Part shown: one piece after another, positions 29,801-36,471 of the stretch
How the letters are laid out: the number at the start of each line of letters is the position of its first letter
How positions within the stretch are numbered: the stretch's first letter is position 1
Source: a virus
IMG/VR virus record: IMGVR_UViG_3300032214_000789
Coordinates: 5,327-69,326 of that record
Reading direction: 5' to 3' (one strand)
DNA length: 64,000 nt
Notes under the pieces: model-generated
The model's input: only the letters and a program-made list of their open reading frames with translations
What the model was told of the DNA's origin: nothing
The model's database searches: none
Translations under genes and position numbers: made by a program

Positions 29801-30376
29801 TCCTTGAGTACCTTGTTGACCTTGAGTACCTTGAGTTCCTTGTTGACCTTGAGTACCTTGAGTTCCTTGTTGACCTTGAGTTCCTTGGAAATTACTTATA
29901 GTACCCTGAACACCTTGTGCCCCAAGAGTTCCAGTAATCGTTATTCTTTTATCATCTTCAATATTTTGAGTTGTAATTGCAATTCCAACACCAGCTACAA
30001 TTTTTACAGTATCAAGACCTTCTGCAATAAGTGTTGGTTGTCCTTCAACTTCCCAAAATTTAAATGTGCTGTTTAGTGCAATCTGCACAGCACCATTACC
30101 TAAATCAGTTACATCAAATCCAGAATCTGTATCAAAACGGATTGCCTTTACATTTTCAACAACATTTAATATTGCATTACCATTTAAAGTATCTATTTCA
30201 CTTACTTCTATACCAACATTAGATAAATTAGATCCATCACCATAGAAAGAAACTGCACTAACAATACCAACACTACCATATATGGTAACACCAGTACCGA
30301 CATAAAGATTATCAATTTCTAAATCTGATAGATCTTCGGGCGGTCTATCGGTATGATAGATTCTAATTTTGGTCAT
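23831..30376 (-). CDS. large collagen-like tail fibre/spike protein with beta-helix-like and repeated C-terminal domains
   Basis: Several hundred residues of G-X-Q; TIYVSMTGDD...PKRTIKAA beta-helix start; three repeats of Y-D/E..TG.TT..A...L.FSC...GY.F.V...ST.PH.YVSGG. Confidence 0.85.
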   Translation of the reverse strand: MTKIRIYHTDRPPEDLSDLEIDNLYVGTGVTIYGSVGIVSAVSFYGDGSNLSNVGIEVSEIDTLNGNAILNVVENVKAIRFDTDSGFDVTDLGNGAVQIALNSTFKFWEVEGQPTLIAEGLDTVKIVAGVGIAITTQNIEDDKRITITGTLGAQGVQGTISNFQGTQGQQGTQGTQGQQGTQGTQGQQGTQGQQGIQGVLGNFQGTQGIQGRQGTQGLQGNQGLQGNQGIQGFQGTQGVISNFQGAQGIQGRQGTQGTGVQGNQGIIGEKGNSGDKGGVFYRFISNTDTTDPGSGQFKYNNSNISLVNKIYIDDVDFLGNNQQSWYSTWIQEGIGYLYVIQSSASGTVVNIWKIINATRYSFISTYWEITVTYVSGILPSNNTTFSLNFSSSGIQGLQGTLSNFQGTQGLQGLQGLQGIQGVQGNQGVQGNQGVQGRQGTQGGQGTQGVIGNFQGTQGLQGLQGIQGRQGIQGVQGNQGVQGPLSNFQGTQGLQGPQGTQGNQGVQGPLSNFQGAQGIQGPQGRQGSQGSQGTQGTQGNQGLQGVIGNFQGTQGLQGLQGIQGRQGIQGPLSNFQGIQGTQGLQGLQGRQGIQGPLSNFQGTQGVQGNQGLQGPQGRQGIQGNQGTQGVQGNQGLQGPQGRQGIQGNQGTQGLQGLQGNQGLQGNQGTQGLQGNQGTQGVQGNQGLQGLQGNQGLQGNQGTQGVQGNQGLQGNQGLQGNQGTQGLQGLQGNQGLQGLQGNQGLQGNQGTQGLQGLQGNQGTQGLQGLQGNQGTQGLQGNQGLQGNQGTQGLQGLQGVQGTQGLQGSLSNFQGTQGLQGLQGVQGNQGVQGPLSNFQGTQGLQGLQGTQGRQGLQGTQGTQGRQGTQGLQGNQGLQGSLSNFQGTQGLQGPQGTQGRQGLQGAQGTQGLQGFQGTQGLQGTQGLQGNQGTQGLQGAQGRSAFDVFDDVSSDVIFYPSILPITNASISTVTTSSEKLVFNPSSGSIGIGTSVITNTLTVVGTATATNYYGNGETLVGIVTQIVPGIGIDIFESQIPGKGKVEIQAYKPIGRTIYVSMTGDDNNTGLAENYPKRTIKAAASVAVFGDTIKIFPGTYVEDNPIVLAKTVSVEGTELRNCVITPRNRNQDMFYVNNGCHITDASFIGPSMTNGAAVVALQPLLGVATDRFFDASRMIRFNLRYIAKESVGFLTSGFSGFAGGHREQDAAKLIDSNLNYISAEAVGFLTSSSGYNFTLNNSDYTNCREDVVSIMNAISYDLKANSNRKSIGAGYSYFNNSGGLIHITGIGVSQATIAALDYAAGIATHVINNLTPPISYQGVGNSVSQVKNLSVIQVEGGCVGVGTTIRKLVGIVTNMIGAGTTLNAPPVRYGVTLESHDCADDVVDIWKCIIHDITRGGNSRSVAAGKAYYNDDWSLKTGILKNPEEVKQTISTIDYSFNIARAVINNVTWGGYPVGLGTTVVNAFYDNNTGITTITAINHGLIRNDSVKIIGLEFSCPSGPTSLIYPTGSLGYIFNVNKVVGVNTFEVVVGQSTLPHTYVSGGTIQKYTNYQNEFTQIKDLSMQIDPDTGFNNAINGCANVVSALKSCVGVVTSIVGLGSTAFSTVGFNTTYPGNRGRGFETISGITSAVYEETSGKTTVKAPGLSVKVGDLIEIRDLTFSCSSGGPVSTQKFPSGYYGYEFYVSKINSDSSFDIYTGISTIPHDYVSGGYIINRSIGITSALYDNLTGITTITAPGISVKTGDIVTLRDLEFSCSSGAATTTIYPTGNNGYTFEVLSVPGVGNTFTVNVGKSTIPHNYVSGGVVFPPYSKGVGPITQGPYVRNCTNFIGDSIGMKVDGFAAEPGDQEDIGVTGTMSVDSYTQYNQGGIGVSITNGAYTQLVSIFTICDDIGIFTKSGGQCDITNSNCSFGNYGLVSDGVGDYTSKSIYRYTGETVGTAEIETDTVTISGLGTQRPYDGQAIYFGELYYQVNSINVTNGGSGYNPANPPNVIIEFPEGPSGIRAEGSANVDQNGTITSIDVIANGSQYLDPPSITITDIPGGSGVNATAEAVLYPLYYTITTATLPVSGISTVVLTQNLNNTVGAGTTVYFSRLSLQIATSISLEWVGSGTNINTAKPALGGVTIQENEVDKRNGGQVVYTSTNQAGNFQIGDGVVINQLTGTITGRAFSQSLLNTVTPLIIALS
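27570..29925. repeat. 9-bp tandem collagen-coding repeat arrays (two blocks around a globular insert at ~29200-29590)
   Basis: ccttgNNNN periodicity visible throughout. Confidence 0.9.
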
Positions 30377-31326
30377 GAGTTTCTTCTATCGTATGTCCAA
30401 CCTGCGATTGAATATGTTGAATTTTCACCTGGATAATCATCTGGAGTTTCACCTTGATATTCGACAATTAATTTTTCACCTAAACGATCTGCCCAAACTT
30501 GATAATAACAATTGATAGTTGTACCGTTTCCAGATTTAATAATAATTTTTTTACCCCATTCTATTTTTTCAACAATTAAATCTTGACTGTGTCCAATTTG
30601 AGTAAGATTTACAGTAATTGTTTCTGGATCAATAAAACCATTCCAGTAATCTGGAAGTTCAATATTATTAGTATTATTTAACACACCACGAACGTAAACT
30701 GCTGCTTCTGGTCCTTCCACACAAGCATGTCTTAATCTATACCCAGGTTTATTTGGATGGGTAACATCGAAAGTTTTTTTAGAAGCTCTCAATTCAAGAA
30801 TTGCTGCACCAACATCTCCTGCCATAGGAACAGTTACTGTGCCATTAAGATTAATTTTAGGGCAACCAACTATAAATTTTCCCCCAGAAATATCAACTCC
30901 TTTTGAACAATAAAGACTAACTGTAGATGAAGAATTTACTGCAAATTTTGTACTTGTAAATTCTGTTGAAAGTGCAGTAACTCTAAAATCTTTTCCACCA
31001 ATTTCTGTTGATCCTGGAGTTTTTGTAAGACCAGATCCTGGAGTAGGAGCAGAAATTCCTTGAACTATAAGATCTCCCCATATTTCCACTCTTCCTTGAA
31101 GTCTGCTTTGACCAGTTACTTGAAGTGCTTGTGGATTTGTAGCATTTGCCCCAACAACTAATGAAGCATTTACAACTTTGTTATAAGCAGATCCAATAAA
31201 ACACTGATAAATGTTTGCTGATCCTGGAGGTATAAAGGAACTCGGAACATTTAAAGCTGCTCCAAGAGTTGGGTTAAAAACTTCCAAATATGAAGTTGAA
31301 AGAGAATCTATATTATGTGCTGGCAT
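30373..31326 (-). CDS. baseplate/spike-associated structural protein
   Basis: Beta-strand repeats then KTFDVTHPNKPGYRLRHACVEGPEAAVYVRG, a domain seen at fibre/spike C-termini. Confidence 0.65.
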   Translation of the reverse strand: MPAHNIDSLSTSYLEVFNPTLGAALNVPSSFIPPGSANIYQCFIGSAYNKVVNASLVVGANATNPQALQVTGQSRLQGRVEIWGDLIVQGISAPTPGSGLTKTPGSTEIGGKDFRVTALSTEFTSTKFAVNSSSTVSLYCSKGVDISGGKFIVGCPKINLNGTVTVPMAGDVGAAILELRASKKTFDVTHPNKPGYRLRHACVEGPEAAVYVRGVLNNTNNIELPDYWNGFIDPETITVNLTQIGHSQDLIVEKIEWGKKIIIKSGNGTTINCYYQVWADRLGEKLIVEYQGETPDDYPGENSTYSIAGWTYDRRNS

Positions 31327-31922
31327 TATACTATTTCAACCTCCCCACAACTTTTTGAAAGACCATCCACAAGAGAAGACCAATTTCCAGAAAGTAAATC
31401 TTTAATAGAACTTAAAGTTTTTGGTCCTTTTGTATTCATTTTTCCATACATGTTTATAAAATTAGAACTTACAATATTAATTCCAGATGTTCCAGTTATA
31501 CAAACTCTACTTCCTGCCAAACGAACTTCTTGCGTTGATGTAAGAACTATAAAACCATTAGAAGTTACTAAAAAATTACCTTCTTTATCTCCTCCAGAGG
31601 TTTCTAAATGTATATTTTTAGCTTTTAGATAGATAGTTCCTCTTTCAGCATTTAGAACAAGATCGCCATTTTTTGCAATAATAGATCTGGCAATTGCTTC
31701 TTTTTGAGTAACATCTAAAGTATGACCAGAAACTTCATGATAACCTTTTTGTATTTGCTCAATTTTGTATCCATTACTATGCCATACACAATGATTATTT
31801 GAAGCAGTTACTATACTAAAATCTCTACCGTCATCAACTCCTTCTGGACCTACAGGTCCACAGTGAATAAATGCATGTGGATTATTTGCTATAGTAAAAT
31901 CTGGAGCTTTTTGTTGGGACAT
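31326..31922 (-). CDS. gp5 C-terminal-like beta-helix spike protein
   Basis: IIAKNGDLVLNAERGTIYLKAKNIHLET beta-helix periodicity; lies after the gp5-like genes. Confidence 0.55.
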   Translation of the reverse strand: MSQQKAPDFTIANNPHAFIHCGPVGPEGVDDGRDFSIVTASNNHCVWHSNGYKIEQIQKGYHEVSGHTLDVTQKEAIARSIIAKNGDLVLNAERGTIYLKAKNIHLETSGGDKEGNFLVTSNGFIVLTSTQEVRLAGSRVCITGTSGINIVSSNFINMYGKMNTKGPKTLSSIKDLLSGNWSSLVDGLSKSCGEVEIV

Positions 31923-34645
31923 TATTTTAATACACAGTCTACTACTCTTAAAAGTTTATCTGTTCCTATACGGTCCAATTCTCTTTGAGTAAATCTTGAA
32001 GCAGGAATAAAACGAAGCACTGGTCTGAATTTGGCACCAAGTCCATCTACGGTATTTATTCTAATTTGTGGAATAGTTACAAAACCATAACCACCAGATA
32101 TAACTTTTATGTTAATTATTTGACCGGATGGTGTGGTTTCAATCTCCAATTCTGCACCATTATTTCCCCCAATAATTTGAACTTTATCATTTGGAGAATA
32201 TCCAGTTCCTGTGCTAATAATTTCAATACTTTTAATTTCTGATATAACTTCATTTCCAGCACTACCACCAGCACCTGTATCACCACCAGTACCAACGCCA
32301 GTTTCACCACCAATCGCAGTTCCACCAGTACCAGTGCCAGTTCCAGCACCAGTATCAACACCAGCACCAGCACCAGTATCAGCACCAATGACACCACCAG
32401 GTTCAGTACCAGTTCCAGCACCAGTTGAATCTCCTGTTGGATCAATACCAGCGCCACCACCAGAAAGTTGATCTCCACTTGGTAAAAAATTGTTTAGATT
32501 ATTAGTTCCATCATTTCCACCACCAGTATTATTGATAGTTGGATCTCTTGTTTCATCTTGATTATTATTTAATTGTTGGTTATTATCGGTGGGTATATTA
32601 TCTTTTGTTTTTCCAAAATCCTCCAAACTACCACTACTAAATTCCTTATCTTTTTGAGTTGAATCTGTTGGTATAGTTCCAGTTAAATCAATATTATTAC
32701 CAGTTCCAGTAGGTGTAGTAACTGGTTTTGTACCGTCCCAATCTGGTAAAAGAGTTTTTGGGGAAACTATTTCTACAATAGTATTTTTAACATCAGTATT
32801 TTTTCCTGCAGGAGCTTTATTATTAATTGCAGTTAAAACGTAAGTATTTTTAATATTTGACCCATCACTAGGAAATGTTAAATCATTAGGCAAGACTATG
32901 GATGCTGCTCCGTTAGGAACTAAATTATCATAAATTGGGGTTACAGAACCCGTGCCATTAGATAAACCCAATTGAACAGAAGTAGTATCTAATGTTTGCC
33001 AATTAAATTTGACAACATTTCCAACTTTTGCCAATTGTGGAGTTGCCTCAAAACTGTATATCGATGGTGAAGACGTAGATGTAGTACTTGGTGTTGGTGA
33101 AGATGGAGTTGATCCTGGTAAATAAACTTCGACTTTAACATCCTTATAAACATTTTGCTCTCCCCACCCAACAACAGTTTTATTGGCAGTAAGAGTATAA
33201 GTAATAAATGTGCTTGTTTTTCCTGCAGGAAAACTAATATCACTTGAGTTAATTCCAACAATTTGCGATCCATCAAGAGAAAGTTTAGAATAACCAGTGA
33301 GAGTATAATCTTTAGATGATAATGAGACATTTGTTGCATTTTCAGTGTCCCAAGTAAATAATATTGATTTCCCAACTTCTACAGAACTGGGATTGGCAAT
33401 AAAATCTCTTACAACTGGGGACAAAGGATATGTATCAGTATAACCTATTCCTGGATTATCAATAGGAATATCTATTATTTCACCATTTTCAATATTTGCA
33501 TGTCCAGAAGCATTATTACCACAACCACCAGGGTCAACAAAACTTACGAAAGGTGGAGAAGTATATCCTGAACCGCTATTAAATAAATTAACACCTACAA
33601 TTTGTCCTATCTTATTAACAACTGCAGCTCCAGCAGCTCCAGAACCTCCTCCCCCAAAAATTTCAACATTAACTCCACAATTAAAATCTCCAGCATAACA
33701 ACCACCAGGGGAAACATAATTCCCACCTTTTCCAGCACCAAAAAAGTCATTCATCCACCCATTAACATTTTTACTAATACCAGAACTAAAAGAAAAGTTA
33801 GACCAATTATCAGATTTAGTATTTTGAGGTCTTCCCCATGGACCAGCCTCAAATTCTTTTAATTCATCATTGCATTCTGGTTTTTCACATAAAAATCCTT
33901 CAAATCCAAGTATATAATCTATAACCTGAAATACAGATCCCATTATCTTGGAAACTGGTGCTAATGCTTTATTAATTTGATCAAAAAATGGTTTTAAAGC
34001 CCTATCAATATCATTAAGCAGTTTACTTAAAAGAGCATTAATAAAAGACTCTACAGCACAAAAAGGAACATTTATAACTTTACCTATTAGAGAATATAAA
34101 AAGTCTCCTACTAAATTAAATAATCCCGCAATAATATCTTCAAATCTACAAAATATTTCATCTATAATTTTAGATAATAAAGCTTTTTTTGGTTCTGTAC
34201 TTTGCGGAGTAGTTGCTTTGTCTATAAGATCTTCTATACCTTTTTTTATTTTTTTAAGAACCCATTCTCGTGCTCTATGAACTAATGTTTTGAGTACACC
34301 AACTATTTCTTGTATGGTTGCTTGTATTTCGGATTGTAAATTTTGTATGGCATTTAGAGTTTGATTTACATACTTATCAAGATATTTTTTAAGACCTCTT
34401 AAAACTATAAAAAATTTCTTTAGTGCCCTATAAATTTTTCCAAAGGTATCCTTTCCACATGGTTGAGCTTTGCCATGTGGTATCTGGCACATTTCCAGAT
34501 AAGACTGATAAGAATTTGTGTCCGCATAACAAGATCTTACTAATCCTTTAGATGCGGCATCATTAAAAAATGCCACACCTTCTTCATACTTAATGTTATC
34601 GTATCCAAAATTTAAGTCATGATTTAAAGATGTTGCATTTTTCAT
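31922..34645 (-). CDS. baseplate hub gp5-like protein (distal part) with Ig-like inserts
   Basis: Helical Cys-containing N-terminal part, GGGGSGAAG/GSGYTSPP repeats, two Ig-like domains, Gly-Thr linker, C-terminal VVDCV. Confidence 0.65.
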   Translation of the reverse strand: MKNATSLNHDLNFGYDNIKYEEGVAFFNDAASKGLVRSCYADTNSYQSYLEMCQIPHGKAQPCGKDTFGKIYRALKKFFIVLRGLKKYLDKYVNQTLNAIQNLQSEIQATIQEIVGVLKTLVHRAREWVLKKIKKGIEDLIDKATTPQSTEPKKALLSKIIDEIFCRFEDIIAGLFNLVGDFLYSLIGKVINVPFCAVESFINALLSKLLNDIDRALKPFFDQINKALAPVSKIMGSVFQVIDYILGFEGFLCEKPECNDELKEFEAGPWGRPQNTKSDNWSNFSFSSGISKNVNGWMNDFFGAGKGGNYVSPGGCYAGDFNCGVNVEIFGGGGSGAAGAAVVNKIGQIVGVNLFNSGSGYTSPPFVSFVDPGGCGNNASGHANIENGEIIDIPIDNPGIGYTDTYPLSPVVRDFIANPSSVEVGKSILFTWDTENATNVSLSSKDYTLTGYSKLSLDGSQIVGINSSDISFPAGKTSTFITYTLTANKTVVGWGEQNVYKDVKVEVYLPGSTPSSPTPSTTSTSSPSIYSFEATPQLAKVGNVVKFNWQTLDTTSVQLGLSNGTGSVTPIYDNLVPNGAASIVLPNDLTFPSDGSNIKNTYVLTAINNKAPAGKNTDVKNTIVEIVSPKTLLPDWDGTKPVTTPTGTGNNIDLTGTIPTDSTQKDKEFSSGSLEDFGKTKDNIPTDNNQQLNNNQDETRDPTINNTGGGNDGTNNLNNFLPSGDQLSGGGAGIDPTGDSTGAGTGTEPGGVIGADTGAGAGVDTGAGTGTGTGGTAIGGETGVGTGGDTGAGGSAGNEVISEIKSIEIISTGTGYSPNDKVQIIGGNNGAELEIETTPSGQIINIKVISGGYGFVTIPQIRINTVDGLGAKFRPVLRFIPASRFTQRELDRIGTDKLLRVVDCVLK

Positions 34646-34663
34646 ATTAATTATACGACCTCT

Positions 34664-35170
34664 TTATTTTCTAAAAAAATTATTTGGTATGACTAAATTA
34701 TTTTGTTGCTCTGCTTTTTTTCCTGGTTGTTTTCCACTTAAACTATGGTGCAATTGAGGAGCAACAGATCCATACCAATTTAAAGTTTTTTTAAATTCGG
34801 AACTTTGTTTTGCCTCTGCTTCCGAAGAAGTAATTTCATATTTTGAATCACTTCTACCAAGAACTCCAAGTATTAAAGGTAAAGGTTTCTGTAAATCGGC
34901 ATTAATAAAAATACCAATAACCCATTCTCCTCCAGTTATACCTGTGCTCATTCTATTTAGAGAACCATGACTAGTCGTTCTTAATATAAGAGCCCAATCC
35001 AAGTCTTTGTCTGCAAGTTTATTCCCTTCTGCAGGATGATAACCAACAATCCTAACTTTTACTCTATCACCCCAACCATTTGGATCATCTTTATTGACGG
35101 TTTGTCCTAAAGGAACTTGTCCTATAAACCATTTTGGTGGCGACTTACCAAAAAATCCGGGATTAAACAT
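34664..35170 (-). CDS. gp5 N-terminal OB-fold domain protein
   Basis: WFIGQV...GWGDRVKVRIVGYHP...DLDWA...GEWVIGIF...PLILGVL. Confidence 0.8.
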   Translation of the reverse strand: MFNPGFFGKSPPKWFIGQVPLGQTVNKDDPNGWGDRVKVRIVGYHPAEGNKLADKDLDWALILRTTSHGSLNRMSTGITGGEWVIGIFINADLQKPLPLILGVLGRSDSKYEITSSEAEAKQSSEFKKTLNWYGSVAPQLHHSLSGKQPGKKAEQQNNLVIPNNFFRK

Positions 35171-35180
35171 TTTTAGTTAT

Positions 35181-36467
35181 TTACTTATTTGTATATATTC
35201 CAGGTGTATCACGAACTATTCGTAATGAAGAAAATGATCTTTTTGGAGTAAAATTATGACACAAATGAGTAATAATATATCTTCCACTTTGAAGCTGACC
35301 AATAGATCCAGAACTTAAATCACTAGTAGATCTTTTTTTAAATTCGCAGGTTATAACATCTCCAGCTTTTAATTTTAAATTACAAGGAATAGTAATATCT
35401 AGCACTTGACTCATAAGTAAATTATATCTTGATAAGGATTGAGGAAGATAAAACCTTTCGTTATTATCAATAAACGTAGTTATACCAGGATTAGTTAAAC
35501 CAGAATCCAGTATAAAAAAGTTGGTTCTCGTAAAACTTTCACTTTCATCAAAAGTATTTGAATAATCCGCATAATTTCCTAATGTTTTAAATCCACTTTT
35601 AGATAGATTAAGAAATTCTTGCTTATATTCAAAAGTACTAAAATCAAAAGATACATTTTTAGATCTATAAAGACCTACTCTTAAATCATTTAACAGATTT
35701 GAATTATTTTTATAACTAGGTTCATTTAAAATTCTATAATTTGTGTTTGGATCATCAAGACTACTTGTGGCAACATTATGATAATTATATGTTTGAACAG
35801 ACTCTGAAGATATCATGTCATCTATTGACTTGAAATGAAATCCCTCTCTAGTTTCCCAGAAGAAAAATCCAGGTCCTCCCGAAGAAGATAAAGATTTAGT
35901 AGCAGCATTAATAATAACATCAAATGGTCTTTGCCCAGATCCACTAATAGAAGAACTATTAGAAGTTGCATCAATTTTTAATTTTTCAGTTGGTATTTTT
36001 AATTCTTCTGTTAAAATTTTTTGAACAGAACTTGAAATTGTGTTATAATATTTTTTATATAAATTTATGTTTTCATTAATAGTAGAATATTTTGAAAGTA
36101 AATTTAATCTTACACTTTCTCTAGTATCATCTTGAAAAACAGGTATTGGATCAGAAACAAGCATCGGTGCTGAAGTAAAATCAAGTTCACCAGAAGCATT
36201 TTCTATTTTGAAAGAAATTTTTTCTTTTCCTCTACCTTGAATGGGAAGTGCTTCCAATAACGTTCCAGTTCTTTCCTGAACGTCTACAGATTTATTTGAA
36301 CGAACAAGATCTCCAGTATCAACATATGTTAAACTTGCAGTAACTATGGGTGAAAAGATACTTTCATAATAAGAAAAATTGACTGTTTTCCAATCTATAT
36401 AAATGCTAGTATTATCTCTAGTAATTTTAATTTCTTTATATTGAGATGCTCTTGAAAAACTTGCCAT
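35181..36467 (-). CDS. baseplate hub protein (gp27-like)
   Basis: YYESIFSP, FFFWETREGFHFKSID, LKAGDVI, SGRYIITHLCH, LRIVRD. Confidence 0.7.
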   Translation of the reverse strand: MASFSRASQYKEIKITRDNTSIYIDWKTVNFSYYESIFSPIVTASLTYVDTGDLVRSNKSVDVQERTGTLLEALPIQGRGKEKISFKIENASGELDFTSAPMLVSDPIPVFQDDTRESVRLNLLSKYSTINENINLYKKYYNTISSSVQKILTEELKIPTEKLKIDATSNSSSISGSGQRPFDVIINAATKSLSSSGGPGFFFWETREGFHFKSIDDMISSESVQTYNYHNVATSSLDDPNTNYRILNEPSYKNNSNLLNDLRVGLYRSKNVSFDFSTFEYKQEFLNLSKSGFKTLGNYADYSNTFDESESFTRTNFFILDSGLTNPGITTFIDNNERFYLPQSLSRYNLLMSQVLDITIPCNLKLKAGDVITCEFKKRSTSDLSSGSIGQLQSGRYIITHLCHNFTPKRSFSSLRIVRDTPGIYTNK

Positions 36468-36471
36468 GTTT

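Noticed and set aside
22510-29925. Repeat arrays as possible CRISPR
   Set aside because: Contiguous 9-bp coding periodicity with no unique spacers and no cas genes
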